From Anaerovoracaceae bacterium (GTDB taxonomy: Bacteria > Bacillota > Clostridia > Peptostreptococcales > Anaerovoracaceae): 57,856 bases of DNA. The notes under the pieces were generated by a model. That model searched no databases. It was given only the letters and a program-made list of their open reading frames with translations, and was not told where the DNA came from. Below, piece by piece: positions 19,022 through 29,499 of the stretch (position 1 is the stretch's first letter; each line of letters begins with the position of its first letter). A program made the position numbers and the translations under genes. The stretch lies in assembly GCA_963636105.1 (NCBI GenBank), contig CAVHIG010000002.1, positions 1-57,856 on the forward strand, read 5' to 3'.

Positions 19022-19690
19022 ATGGTTTTATATAAATATGGAAATGAGGCAAAACAGAGCAATATGCCGATTTGCAGCAGCCTTTTTTCGGAGCTGCAGC
19101 GTGATATATTGCAGGGAAGGATGAAGCCGGGAGAAAAGCTGACTGAGCAGAGAATATGCAGCGAATATAAGGTCAGCAGGACGCCGGTGCGCGAGGCTCT
19201 CAAGCAGCTTGAGATGGAAGGTCTTATAGAGACGATTCCAAATAGAGGCGCATTTGTAGTGGGCTTTTCCGAGCAGGATATACGCGATATATATGAGCTT
19301 CGTAAAATCTATGAGATGCAGGCTGTCAGATGGGCGATAGAGCGCATCACAGACGATGAATTTGACGCATTGGAAGAAACCTTTGAATTTATGGAATTCT
19401 ATACCATGAAGAAGGATTTGGAAAAGATGCTCAATATAAATACGGGCTTTCACCAGCTCATATACACGGGCGCGCACAACAGGCTCCTCGAGCACATGCT
19501 TTCTTCGTATCAGGTATATCTGAAGCTCAGTGCAAATCCAAAAATATACGACAGCGAGACCTACCTCTCGGATGTCTTTGAAGAGCACAAGGCAATATTC
19601 GATGCCTTCAAAAATAAGGATTCCGAAGCCGGTGTGAGGGCGATGGAGATACATATGGATAATTCTATGGCGCGCCGCGGCATGAAATAG
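19022..19690 (+). CDS. GntR-family (FadR/FCD subfamily) transcriptional regulator
   Basis: wHTH region LTEQRICSEYKVSRTPVREALKQLEMEGLI plus a helical FCD-like C-terminal domain. Confidence 0.85.
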   Translation: MVLYKYGNEAKQSNMPICSSLFSELQRDILQGRMKPGEKLTEQRICSEYKVSRTPVREALKQLEMEGLIETIPNRGAFVVGFSEQDIRDIYELRKIYEMQAVRWAIERITDDEFDALEETFEFMEFYTMKKDLEKMLNINTGFHQLIYTGAHNRLLEHMLSSYQVYLKLSANPKIYDSETYLSDVFEEHKAIFDAFKNKDSEAGVRAMEIHMDNSMARRGMK

Positions 19691-19725
19691 CTCAAATGTA
19701 TAGCAATAGAAAGGAAGCAAGAAAA

Positions 19726-20895
19726 ATGGACAAAAAAGAATACGCGCTTAAAAAGCATGAAGAGTGGAAGGGCAAGCTCTCAATAGAATGCAAATGCCCT
19801 ATTACAAATAAGGAAGAGCTTTCTGTAGCATATACACCCGGCGTAGCGGAGCCATGCATTGAGATTCAAAAGGACGAATCCCTTGCATATAAATATACGG
19901 GCAAAGGAAATACCGTCGCTGTTATTACGGACGGCACCGCGGTACTTGGTCTCGGCGATATAGGACCATCTGCCGGTATGCCTGTAATGGAAGGAAAATG
20001 CGCACTTTTCAAGGCCTTTGCCGGCATAGACGCGGTGCCTATCTGCATAGACAGCAAGGATCCTGATGAGATTGTAAAGACTGTAGCTCTCATTTCAAAG
20101 AGCTTTGGCGGCATAAATCTCGAGGATATAAGCGCGCCGCGCTGCTTTAAGATAGAGCAGAGGCTCATAGAATTGTGCGATATCCCGGTATTTCACGATG
20201 ACCAGCACGGTACAGCCATAATCACAAGCGCCGGCATAATAAACGCGCTCAAGGTGACCGGCAGGACAGCCGGAAATCTGAAAATCGTTATAAGCGGTGC
20301 GGGCGCCGCAGGTATATCCATCGCGAAGATGTTCAATCGTCTCGGCTTTGGAGATGTGATACTTTGCGACAAAAATGGCGCTATTTACGAGGGTGCGCCA
20401 TACAACAATCCGGAGCAGGAGAAGATGGCACATGTGACAAATAAGGACAATCTGCAGGGCAGCCTCGCTGATGTGATAAAGGGCGCGGACGTACTCATAG
20501 GAGTATCCAGACCGGGTGTTGTGTCCCAGGATATGATTCGCAGCATGGCAAAGGATCCTATAGTATTCTCAATGGCAAATCCTGTGCCTGAGATCATGCC
20601 TGATGAAGCAAAGGCCGCGGGTGCGGCTGTAGTAGGTACGGGACGTTCGGACTTCCCAAATCAGGTAAATAATGTAATAGCATTTCCGGGAATCTTCCGC
20701 GGAGCATTGGACGCGGGCGCAAAGAGGATTACAGAGGAAATGAAGGAGGCTGCGGCAAGGGCGATAGCATCCGTAATTCCGGAGGAAGAGCTCTCAGCCG
20801 AGTACGTGCTTCCGGACGGCTTCAATCCGCTCGTAGTAAAGAAGGTAGCAGAGGCAGTGATGGGATGCTGCACAACGGCTACCAAGAACATATGA
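19726..20895 (+). CDS. NAD(P)-dependent malic enzyme (short form)
   Basis: [26 protein letters not shown] and a Rossmann GAGAAG motif. ATG 19726 is preferred over 19696. Confidence 0.9.
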   Translation: MDKKEYALKKHEEWKGKLSIECKCPITNKEELSVAYTPGVAEPCIEIQKDESLAYKYTGKGNTVAVITDGTAVLGLGDIGPSAGMPVMEGKCALFKAFAGIDAVPICIDSKDPDEIVKTVALISKSFGGINLEDISAPRCFKIEQRLIELCDIPVFHDDQHGTAIITSAGIINALKVTGRTAGNLKIVISGAGAAGISIAKMFNRLGFGDVILCDKNGAIYEGAPYNNPEQEKMAHVTNKDNLQGSLADVIKGADVLIGVSRPGVVSQDMIRSMAKDPIVFSMANPVPEIMPDEAKAAGAAVVGTGRSDFPNQVNNVIAFPGIFRGALDAGAKRITEEMKEAAARAIASVIPEEELSAEYVLPDGFNPLVVKKVAEAVMGCCTTATKNI

Positions 20896-20905
20896 AAGGA
20901 CAAAA

Positions 20906-22270
20906 ATGGAATATCGTATAGAACATGATACAATGGGCGAGGTGAAGGTGCCCGCGGATAAATATTGGGGTGCTCAGACCGAGAGAAGCTTTGAAAATTT
21001 CAAAATCGGTAAGCAAAGAATGCCCGAGGAGATAATACATGCCTTCGGAATTTTGAAAAAGGCCGCGGCCATGGCAAATTATGAGCTTGGCAACCTTGAT
21101 GAAAAGAGGGCAAAGGCCATAATGCAGGCCGCGGATGAGGTGATTTCCGGAAAGCTTAGCGAGCATTTTCCGCTTGTAATCTACCAGACCGGAAGCGGCA
21201 CGCAGTCGAATATGAACGCAAATGAGGTAATCGCAAACCGCGCAAATGAGATTCTCGGCGAAAAGCTTGTACATCCAAACGATCATGTAAATAAATCGCA
21301 AAGCAGCAATGACACCTTTCCTACGGCCATGCACATAGCGGCTGCCTTTGCTATAGAGGAAAATCTTATTCCGGCGATAGACGAGCTTGCAGAGGTATTT
21401 GAAAGACTTGAAAAAGAAAATATGGATATCATAAAGACCGGCCGCACACATCTTCAGGATGCTACTCCGCTCACACTCGGACAGGAGATAAGCGCCTGGA
21501 AGGAGATGCTGCTTGAAAGCCGCGCTATGCTTGCAAAGACTCTCGATGGACTCAAAAAGCTTGCGCTCGGCGGCACGGCGGTCGGCACGGGTCTCAACGC
21601 ACCGAAGGAATTCGGCGCAGTTTCCGCGAAGAAAATAAGCGAGCTTACGGGAATGAAATTTGAGACGGCCCCAAATAAATTCCACGCGCTTACAAGCAAG
21701 GACGCGCTTGTATTTTGCCATGGCGCTATGAAGGCGCTTGCGGCGGACCTTATGAAAATAGCAAATGATGTGAGATGGCTCGCAAGCGGGCCGCGCTGCG
21801 GAATAGGAGAGATCACGATTCCTGAAAATGAGCCGGGCAGCTCCATTATGCCGGGGAAGGTAAATCCGACGCAATGCGAGGCTCTTACGATGGTCTGCGT
21901 GCAGGTCATGGGAAATGACGCGGCAGTGGCAATTGCGGCGTCTCAGGGCAATTTCCAGCTCAATGTATATATGCCGGTGCTCATACATAATTTTTTGGAG
22001 TCAGCGGGGCTCCTTGCGGACGCGATTCGCTCATTCCGCAAAAATTGCGCAATCGGCATAAGGGCAAACGAGGAAAAGATTGCGGAAAATATGGAAAAAT
22101 CTCTCATGCTTGTGACTGCGCTCAATCCGCATATAGGATATGAAAACGCGGCCAAGATAGCAAAGCTTGCGCATAGGGAAAATCTCACATTAAAGGAAGC
22201 GGCGCTGAGGCTTGAGCTTGTGAGTGAGGCGGACTTTGCGGCATGGGTGGATCCGAAAAAAATGGTATAA
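20906..22270 (+). CDS. fumC: Class II fumarate hydratase
   Basis: [11 protein letters not shown] signature and N-terminal [20 protein letters not shown]. Confidence 0.95.
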   Translation: MEYRIEHDTMGEVKVPADKYWGAQTERSFENFKIGKQRMPEEIIHAFGILKKAAAMANYELGNLDEKRAKAIMQAADEVISGKLSEHFPLVIYQTGSGTQSNMNANEVIANRANEILGEKLVHPNDHVNKSQSSNDTFPTAMHIAAAFAIEENLIPAIDELAEVFERLEKENMDIIKTGRTHLQDATPLTLGQEISAWKEMLLESRAMLAKTLDGLKKLALGGTAVGTGLNAPKEFGAVSAKKISELTGMKFETAPNKFHALTSKDALVFCHGAMKALAADLMKIANDVRWLASGPRCGIGEITIPENEPGSSIMPGKVNPTQCEALTMVCVQVMGNDAAVAIAASQGNFQLNVYMPVLIHNFLESAGLLADAIRSFRKNCAIGIRANEEKIAENMEKSLMLVTALNPHIGYENAAKIAKLAHRENLTLKEAALRLELVSEADFAAWVDPKKMV

Positions 22271-22325
22271 TAATCGCATGGGAAAGCTTGAAATTGCGGA
22301 CATTACAAATTATAAGTGATTTTAT

Positions 22326-22361
22326 AAAAAATAGGAATGGCAGGTGACCATTCCTATTTTT
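22326..22361. terminator. Bidirectional terminator between fumC and the TetR gene
   Basis: AAAAATAGGAATGG caggtga CCATTCCTATTTTT: an 11-bp perfect stem flanked by an A-run and a T-run. Confidence 0.8.
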
Positions 22362-22369
22362 GCTTGATT

Positions 22370-23041
22370 TTATTTCGCGGAGATTCCGTTGAAGATGAGT
22401 TCAAAGAAGTCTTCTTCCGTGCAGCTTGTGAAGGCTGCCGCCACGCGAGTATCTATCGGGAAGCCGCATTCTTGCATGCTTTGCAGCATTCCGGAGTTTG
22501 CAGAGGCAAACGATGCCGCAGTGCCCACTATAAGGTGAGCCGCAAGTATCGGATTTATAGGCCTCAGCTCACCGCTGGCGATGCCGTCTTCTAAGATTTT
22601 AAGCATTACAGAATACTCACAGCCGATGATTTGCTTTATGGCATCGCAGATTTTGCAAGCCATTTCGGTATTTTCCTCATGGAAGAGCGGATGTATTTCA
22701 TTTACATATCTTCCATATCTTTCGAGGAAATTCCGCTTAAATGTCAGGAAGGCCGAGAGCCTGCTTCTGACGTCATTCTTTTCCTTCAGCATTTCCGGGA
22801 AGAAGTCATATTCTGGAATGATCTTGCTATTTATGATTTCGAGCAGGATTTCCTCTTTGCTTGAGAAGTACTCATATACGGTGCCCTTGCCTATGCCGGC
22901 TCTTGCGGCGATATCGGCAATTTTTGCGCTTGCGTACCTTTCTTCCAGAAAGAGCTCATAGGCGGAGTCTAAAATGAGTTTGCGTTTTTCGGCTTTTTTG
23001 TCATCTCTATCACTTGAGCATTTTGTTCTATTGCTGTCCAC
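22370..23041 (-). CDS. TetR/AcrR-family transcriptional regulator
   Basis: HTH region ASAKIADIAARAGIGKGTVYEYFSSKEEIL. It overlaps the end of the RND gene by 14 nt and is therefore probably co-transcribed. Confidence 0.85.
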   Translation of the reverse strand: MDSNRTKCSSDRDDKKAEKRKLILDSAYELFLEERYASAKIADIAARAGIGKGTVYEYFSSKEEILLEIINSKIIPEYDFFPEMLKEKNDVRSRLSAFLTFKRNFLERYGRYVNEIHPLFHEENTEMACKICDAIKQIIGCEYSVMLKILEDGIASGELRPINPILAAHLIVGTAASFASANSGMLQSMQECGFPIDTRVAAAFTSCTEEDFFELIFNGISAK

Positions 23042-26000
23042 TTACGCTATCCTCCTTTGCCCATTCTGCTTCCAAGGCCGCAAGCTTTTCTGCTTTTGCA
23101 AGCTTTCTCTTGGCTTTCCTTTGCTTGCGCTCCTCTACCAATGAGTAGAAGACAGGCACTATGAAGAGAGTGACTACTGTAGAGGCCACAAGGCCGCCTA
23201 TTATGGATATACCCATAGGCGCGAGGATTTCTCCGCCATCGCCGAAACCAAGTGAAAGCGGAATCATGCCCACAACCGTAGTCACGCAGCTCATGAGAAT
23301 CGGGCGCAGACGCAGTTTCCCCGCCTGCACAAGAGCCTCATACAGGCCGAGCTCATCCTGATATTGTCTTATAAATTCCACAAGCAATATGGAGTTGTTT
23401 ACTACTATACCTACAAGCATTATGAGTCCGAGGAAGGACGTCATTGAAAGCGAGGTGCCGGTGAGGAAGAGCGCAAGGAAGGCTCCTGTCATGGCAAACG
23501 GTACAGCAAGCATTACGACAAGCGACATGATGACAGATTCGAATTGTGCCGCAAGGAGCAGGAATACGAGTGCTATCGCTACAAAGAGAGCTTTTGTCAG
23601 GCTTGTAAAGGCATCCGTCATTGTGGAATATATACCATTTTCGTCCGCGTAATAGCCTTCCGGGAATTGGTAATTATTCACAATCTTCATAACCTCGGTA
23701 GCGCCTCCTGTCACACTTGTGCTGTCTACATCGACATTGAGAGTGATGGTATTTGTCTGATTTTCTCTGTAAATGTATGATGGCGCATTGTCATATTCGA
23801 ATGTAGCTATCTGTGCGACAGGGACGGATGTGCCATATGAGCCTGTAATTTTTATCTGCTTCATATCCTCTACAGAGTCCGCCACATTGTCAGAAAGAGA
23901 GAGCTTTACATCGATCTCGGTGCCGTCTACTGTAAGACGTGTGGCTGTGCTTCCGGAAATCGCGCTTGAAAGTCCCGATGCCATTTGGTAGGCGGTGATG
24001 CCGTAGTAGGAGGCGGCATTTCTGTCGATTATGACCTTTACCTCCGGGCTTCCTTCGGATATGTCAAGCGCCGCGTCTGTCACGCATTCGAGCTGTGAAA
24101 TCTGCGTGCGGAGGTCATTTCCTATGGATTCCAAGGTTTCGAAGTCGCTGCCCTTCAAGAGAAGGCTTACGTCATTTGAACCGAAATATGAGGAAAATGA
24201 TGAGCTTGATTGCGCAGTGATGCTCGCTTCTGCTATTTTACTCATATCCTTTTGTATAGCTTTTGCTATCTCATCTGCGCTTCTGTCTCGCTCGCTTTTA
24301 TCTACAAGCTGAAGCGAGAGGCTCGCATTGCTGTTTAACGATAATGCGGAGACAGAGCCTGTGGACATGACTACGCTTTCGGTCTCAGGCAGGGCGAGGA
24401 GATAGTCTTCGATCTTGCTCATAATGCTGTCTGTAGTCTCAAGCGAGGTGCCGTAAGGAACCTCCACACTCAGGGATATCATGCCCTCATCGCTGTCAGG
24501 GAGCATTTCAAGTCCGAGCGTGAAAATGAGAAGCAGAGATACGATGAAAATCAAAGTACAGCCTACGAGTACCTTCTTTCGCTTTTTGAGTGCCACTCTT
24601 ACAAATTCATCGTATTTTTCAGTGATATATTCTATAAAGCGGCCAAAGAGAGGCAAAAGCTTGTACTTGTAGCGCTTTGTGCCAAAGCGCATATATTCTG
24701 TAGATACCGTGCCTGCCATAAGCTTTGAGCAAAGCATTGGAATGACGGTCAAGGCCACGACAAGTGAGGCCATGAGCGCGATTATTATGGTCCAGCAGAA
24801 ATCAGCGAAGATCAATGATGCCATACCCTCGGAAAGCGCTATAGGCAAAAATACGAGCACGGTAGTCAGGGTAGATGCCACTACAGCAAGAAAGATTTCT
24901 TTGGAAGCTTTATTTGCTGCGACTATAGGATCCGGCTCCTCCTGCCTTATTCTGAAGATGTCTTCAAGCACTACGATGGAATTATCTACCAGCATACCCA
25001 CGCAGATTGTAAGCGCGCATAGAGTAATCAGATTCAAGGTCATATCCAGCGCATCCATTACGGCAAAGGCCGCAAGCAGAGATGTAGGGATGGACAGAGC
25101 TATGATGAGCGTAGTCTTGACATTCCTTAGGAAGAGGAAGACTACGATTATGGCAAGCAGTGCACCTATGATTGCGGATTCCGCTACGGAGCGAATGGAG
25201 GATTTTATATAATCCGCGGCATCGTAGCCTATCACGATATTTATATCGGGATATTTTTCGCTGAGCTTTTCGATTGCGCTTCTGACTTCGTCTGACACCT
25301 CGACCGTATTGGCGTCGGAGGCCTTGGTGACCATGACACCTATCGCCGTTTCCGCATTTATCCTCGTGATGGCTTCCTGATCCTTATAGCCGTAGGAAAT
25401 CTCCGCAATATCGCCGAGGCGCACCACGCTGTAGTCAGAAATCGTCAGCGGGAGATTCTTTATGTCCTCCACATCTGAAAACTTGCCCATGCTTCTTACG
25501 ATAAGCTCAGTATCGCCCTTGGAAATATCACCGATAGGGAGATTTACATTTTCCGCTGCCAAAAGCTGGCTTACAGTGCTGAGCGAAAGCCCGTAATTTG
25601 TCAGCGCCTCCTGATTGAATTTTATGGAGACCTCTTCCTCTACGCCGCCCATCATCGTTGTGGAGGCAACTCCGGAGGCACGCTCAAGCTGCGGTACTAT
25701 GCTCGAGTCCACAAGCGTATTGAGCTCGGCGAGGGTCATGCTGCCGGAGGAGATATAGATCTGCGCGGTAGGCATCATATTCATGCTCATCTTCATAACC
25801 ATAGGCTCGGTGCAGCTGTCCGGCAGATAATCCGAGACAAGGGCTATCTTTTCGCGCATATTCAGGGTAGCAAAATCCATATCTGTATCATAATTGAACA
25901 TAAGGACAATTATGGATGTATTTTCCATGCTATAGGAATAGAGCGTATCCAGATCCTCAACGGAAGCAAGGGAAGCCTCCAGCGTCTCTGTGACCATGCT

Positions 26001-26180
26001 CTCCACTTCCTCAGGGGATGCGCCGCTGTAGGTGGTCGTGACAAGGGCTACAGGCGCCTCTATATCCGGCATAAGGTCCAGCGGAATGCTAAACATAGCT
26101 ACCGCACCCAGTACGACTATCATGAGCAAAATCATGATGGTCGCCACCGGTCTTTTTATTGATAAACTTGACAGATTCAT
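23028..26180 (-). CDS. RND-family efflux permease (AcrB/HAE-like)
   Basis: 1050 aa with 12-TM, two-large-loop architecture. The N-terminus SIKRPVATIMILLMIVVLG..PDIEAPV is typical of the AcrB family. Confidence 0.9.
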   Translation of the reverse strand: MNLSSLSIKRPVATIMILLMIVVLGAVAMFSIPLDLMPDIEAPVALVTTTYSGASPEEVESMVTETLEASLASVEDLDTLYSYSMENTSIIVLMFNYDTDMDFATLNMREKIALVSDYLPDSCTEPMVMKMSMNMMPTAQIYISSGSMTLAELNTLVDSSIVPQLERASGVASTTMMGGVEEEVSIKFNQEALTNYGLSLSTVSQLLAAENVNLPIGDISKGDTELIVRSMGKFSDVEDIKNLPLTISDYSVVRLGDIAEISYGYKDQEAITRINAETAIGVMVTKASDANTVEVSDEVRSAIEKLSEKYPDINIVIGYDAADYIKSSIRSVAESAIIGALLAIIVVFLFLRNVKTTLIIALSIPTSLLAAFAVMDALDMTLNLITLCALTICVGMLVDNSIVVLEDIFRIRQEEPDPIVAANKASKEIFLAVVASTLTTVLVFLPIALSEGMASLIFADFCWTIIIALMASLVVALTVIPMLCSKLMAGTVSTEYMRFGTKRYKYKLLPLFGRFIEYITEKYDEFVRVALKKRKKVLVGCTLIFIVSLLLIFTLGLEMLPDSDEGMISLSVEVPYGTSLETTDSIMSKIEDYLLALPETESVVMSTGSVSALSLNSNASLSLQLVDKSERDRSADEIAKAIQKDMSKIAEASITAQSSSSFSSYFGSNDVSLLLKGSDFETLESIGNDLRTQISQLECVTDAALDISEGSPEVKVIIDRNAASYYGITAYQMASGLSSAISGSTATRLTVDGTEIDVKLSLSDNVADSVEDMKQIKITGSYGTSVPVAQIATFEYDNAPSYIYRENQTNTITLNVDVDSTSVTGGATEVMKIVNNYQFPEGYYADENGIYSTMTDAFTSLTKALFVAIALVFLLLAAQFESVIMSLVVMLAVPFAMTGAFLALFLTGTSLSMTSFLGLIMLVGIVVNNSILLVEFIRQYQDELGLYEALVQAGKLRLRPILMSCVTTVVGMIPLSLGFGDGGEILAPMGISIIGGLVASTVVTLFIVPVFYSLVEERKQRKAKRKLAKAEKLAALEAEWAKEDSVSGQQ

Positions 26181-26199
26181 GTGCGTGTACCTCTTTTAC

Positions 26200-27309
26200 T
26201 TATTCCGATTTTGCTGCCGATTCTTCATCCGTGACGATATTTACGGCCTCGCCCTCGGTCACAAAGTCCTGACCGGAGACAACCACGACATCGCCCTCAT
26301 TTATGCCGGAGAGAATCTGTACATAGCTTCCGTTGTCTATGCCTGTGGAAACTTCGCAGTATCTCGGTATGCGCTCGCTGTCGAGCACTACGGCGACGCT
26401 TTTGCTGTCTTTCAGGATGACTGCGTCGGACGGTATGCAAATTGTATTTTCGGCTTCATCCGTTATGAGCTCAACCTCTGCAAACATGCCGCTCATGAGC
26501 TCTCCCTTTTCATTATCCAGGGAAATTGTGACAGGATATGTCAAGGTACCCATGGCAGGAGCAGGCGAGAAGGCAGTGATTGTGCCCTTGTAAGGCTCAT
26601 CACCAAGTGAAGTTACGTAGACATTTACCTCGTCTCCGACATGTATAAGGCTTGCGAGATATTCCGATACCGCAGTGCTTATCTCAAGAGCGCTTGTATC
26701 CGCGACAGAGGCAGCCATGGATTGTCCAGCAACGCTGCCGACAGAGACAGACATGGATGTCACATAGCCGCTTATAGGGGATGTGACACTGTAGTAGCTG
26801 TATGCCTCAGCAGCGGCATTGAAGGATTCCTGCGCGCTTATGTATTGCACTCTCGCGCTGTCATAGTCGGACTTGCTCACAGCACCTTCCGCGTAGAGCT
26901 CCTCCATATTGTTATAGGTGGTAGCAGCAAGCTCATATGCGGCCTTTGCCTGATTGTAGGTGGTGGCTATCTGTCCCTTGTCTATTTCAAAGAGGATAGA
27001 GCCTGCGCTTACATAGTCGCCTACCTCTGCATATACCGCAGTGACCTGACCGGAGGCAAGCGGCACTATGGCTACCTCATCGACCGGAGTGATGCGGCCG
27101 GAAAGAGGCGTAGTCTGTGTAATGGAGGCATATTCTGCCGAGATGACCTTTACGTTTACAGGAGTGGCCTCCTCAACTGTCGGATTTTTCTTCTCCATCG
27201 CAAAGATGCTGAGTCTGTATGCGGTGATTGCGATTATAATTAGGAGAAGGAGTGTAAGGATCTTATGATCCAGTATTTTTCGTCCCAAAGACTTTTTTTC
27301 TGTGTCCAA
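26200..27309 (-). CDS. Efflux RND periplasmic adaptor (membrane fusion protein)
   Basis: N-terminal TM, lipoyl-like hairpin and beta-barrel motifs (VAIVPLASGQVTAVYAEVGDYV; YKGTITAFSP). TTG start with AGGA 7 nt upstream. Confidence 0.85.
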   Translation of the reverse strand: MDTEKKSLGRKILDHKILTLLLLIIIAITAYRLSIFAMEKKNPTVEEATPVNVKVISAEYASITQTTPLSGRITPVDEVAIVPLASGQVTAVYAEVGDYVSAGSILFEIDKGQIATTYNQAKAAYELAATTYNNMEELYAEGAVSKSDYDSARVQYISAQESFNAAAEAYSYYSVTSPISGYVTSMSVSVGSVAGQSMAASVADTSALEISTAVSEYLASLIHVGDEVNVYVTSLGDEPYKGTITAFSPAPAMGTLTYPVTISLDNEKGELMSGMFAEVELITDEAENTICIPSDAVILKDSKSVAVVLDSERIPRYCEVSTGIDNGSYVQILSGINEGDVVVVSGQDFVTEGEAVNIVTDEESAAKSE

Positions 27310-27423
27310 TGCTTTTTCCTTTCTATACCTTTTGAAAATCTACATAATACCGGAGCTTTTAGGTCAAAGCAGGCTTAGAATCCTGAGCCCTGCTTGTAAG
27401 CCCAAAGCCGGTTTTATTGCGCC

Positions 27424-27474
27424 GACCCGCCGGTCGGTAACAGAGATATTTTAGCATTTTCCGACCGGCGGGTC
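27424..27474. promoter_or_regulatory. 14-bp perfect inverted repeat in the divergent MFP/sirtuin control region
   Basis: GACCCGCCGGTCGG (27424-27437) and CCGACCGGCGGGTC (27461-27474), separated by 23 nt of A+T-rich spacer. Confidence 0.6.
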
Positions 27475-27507
27475 AACAAAAAGATTTCGTCGCGAATGGC
27501 TATTTGC

Positions 27508-27537
27508 TTGAATGCGGATATGCGCATATGGTAAAAT
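27508..27537 (+). promoter_or_regulatory. Promoter for the Sir2-family gene
   Basis: TTGAAT (27508-27513), 18 nt, TGgTAAAAT with the -10 at 27532-27537. Confidence 0.5.
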
Positions 27538-27565
27538 ATCTACATAGGAGATATCTACATAGGAA
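27536..27565 (+). repeat. 15-nt tandem duplication immediately after the -10
   Basis: ATATCTACATAGGAG (27536-27550) followed by ATATCTACATAGGAA (27551-27565). The core ATCTACATA recurs at 27338-27346, next to the MFP start. Confidence 0.85.
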
Positions 27566-27645
27566 AGATTTGGCTCTGTGTGGATTTTGTATTGTCCGCA
27601 TATGAGAAATTTGACATAAGAATTTTAGAAGGGGAGGAATATGAC

Positions 27646-28419
27646 ATGGATGCAAGAGTAAAGAAGATAGTTGAAAATAGCGCAAATATCGTTTTTTTTG
27701 GTGGCGCGGGAGTCTCTACGGAGAGCGGAATACCGGATTTTCGCTCGGAATCAGGCCTTTATAGCGCCATGAGCGAGTACGGCTATCCACCGGAGGAGAT
27801 CTTAAGCCGCACTTTTTTTGACAGGCACACAGAGACCTTCTTCGACTATTATAAGAAAAATCTCGTCTGCCGCACGGCAAAGCCGAATAAGGCACATATT
27901 GCACTTGCAAAGCTTGAGGAAGAGGGCAGGCTGAAGGCGATAGTGACGCAAAATATCGACGGCCTTCATCAAATGGCCGGCAGCAAAAATGTGCTTGAGC
28001 TTCACGGCTCCATACTCAGAAATTATTGTATGAAATGTCACGCACCCTACGACCTGGATTTTGTGATGGACGAGAGCAATTGCCGCGGAAACGGCGCCGT
28101 TTCCGCAAAGGACGAATCCGCAAAGGAGGGAAAGGGCTCGCAAATCCCGCGCTGCCCAAAGTGCGGAGGCATTATAAAGCCTGATGTGGTACTCTATGAG
28201 GAGATGCTGAATGAGGACACCATGAGACGCGCGATAGAGGCCATTTCAAAGGCTGATACCTTGATAATCGGCGGCACTTCGCTTGTCGTATATCCGGCGG
28301 CGGGGATGATAAATTATTTCCACGGAAAAAATCTCATTCTTATAAATAAATCTTCCACATCCTATGACAGCAGAGCCACACTTGTGATAAATGAGGCCAT
28401 CGGCGAGGTGTTGGGATAG
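27646..28419 (+). CDS. cobB: NAD-dependent protein deacylase (Sir2/CobB family)
   Basis: GAGVSTESGIPDFRS and QNIDGLH motifs. Zn ribbon CMKC..CPKCGG with an insert of about 25 aa. ATG 27646 follows GGGGAGG by 8 nt. Confidence 0.9.
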   Translation: MDARVKKIVENSANIVFFGGAGVSTESGIPDFRSESGLYSAMSEYGYPPEEILSRTFFDRHTETFFDYYKKNLVCRTAKPNKAHIALAKLEEEGRLKAIVTQNIDGLHQMAGSKNVLELHGSILRNYCMKCHAPYDLDFVMDESNCRGNGAVSAKDESAKEGKGSQIPRCPKCGGIIKPDVVLYEEMLNEDTMRRAIEAISKADTLIIGGTSLVVYPAAGMINYFHGKNLILINKSSTSYDSRATLVINEAIGEVLG

Positions 28420-28560
28420 AATTATTTTGCTTGATATATGTTCTCATATCTGGTAAAATAGCATTGTGACTTTTTTAACATGTGTGTTTTATATCTGATA
28501 ATAATGATTACTTTGCGCAATTCTTGCTGCGTACAAGTAGTGAGGGAGGGTTAGTTTGTA

Positions 28561-29499
28561 ATGACAAGATATATTGCAGGGAGAATCGTGCAATCTGTTG
28601 TTGTACTCTTTTTGATAGCGAGTCTCACGTTTTTCCTTATGAATCTGGTGCCGGGCAGTCCGTTTCTCAGCGAAAAATCACCTTCGCCTGAGACTCTGGC
28701 GGCACTGAATGCGAAATACGGGCTCGATCAGCCTACTATAGTGCAACTCGAAAAATATCTCGCGAATGCCGTGCAGGGCGATTTTGGCGTGTCTATAAAG
28801 ATGCAGAAGAACAGACCTGTGCTTGACATCATCGTGGAGATGTTTCCGACATCCGCTAAGATAGGATTTATCGCGCTCATATTGGCCATACTGGGAGGCA
28901 TACCGATGGGCTGTATCGCAGCCTACAATCGAGGAAATAAAGTCGACAGTACGCTTAGGGTGGTGACTACCCTGGGCATATCGGTGCCGAGCTTTGTAGT
29001 GGCCACCGTGCTTCTGATTATTTTGGGCGTGTACCTGAAGCTGCTTCCTACTGTAGGACTTCAGGGCTGGTCCTCATATATAATGCCTTGCTTTGCGCTA
29101 GCCTTTTATCCTATGTGTTATATAGGCAGGCTCTCGCGCTCGAGTATGCTTGATGTCATAAATCAGGACTATATCCGTACAGCAAAGGCAAAGGGTGTCA
29201 AGACTCTAAAGATTATCTTCAAGCATTCGCTTCGTAATGCTTTTATTCCTGTACTTACTTACCTTGGACCGCTCACCGCGGGCATATTGACAGGTGGTTT
29301 TGTAGTAGAGACTGTATTCAATATACCTGGCCTTGGCAGATATTTTGTGCAAAGCGTTCTAAACAGGGATTATCCTATTATAATGGCGACGACTATCTTC
29401 CTCGCTTCCCTTGTTATTCTCATGAATCTTATCGTAGATATACTGTATAAGTTTGTAGACCCGAGAATAGACATAACGAGAGGAGGCAAGGACAGATGA
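28561..29499 (+). CDS. oppB: Oligopeptide ABC transporter permease
   Basis: The N-terminus RYIAGRIVQSVVVLFLIASLTFFLM and the EAA-loop region YIRTAKAKG are typical OppB/DppB. Confidence 0.9.
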   Translation: MTRYIAGRIVQSVVVLFLIASLTFFLMNLVPGSPFLSEKSPSPETLAALNAKYGLDQPTIVQLEKYLANAVQGDFGVSIKMQKNRPVLDIIVEMFPTSAKIGFIALILAILGGIPMGCIAAYNRGNKVDSTLRVVTTLGISVPSFVVATVLLIILGVYLKLLPTVGLQGWSSYIMPCFALAFYPMCYIGRLSRSSMLDVINQDYIRTAKAKGVKTLKIIFKHSLRNAFIPVLTYLGPLTAGILTGGFVVETVFNIPGLGRYFVQSVLNRDYPIIMATTIFLASLVILMNLIVDILYKFVDPRIDITRGGKDR

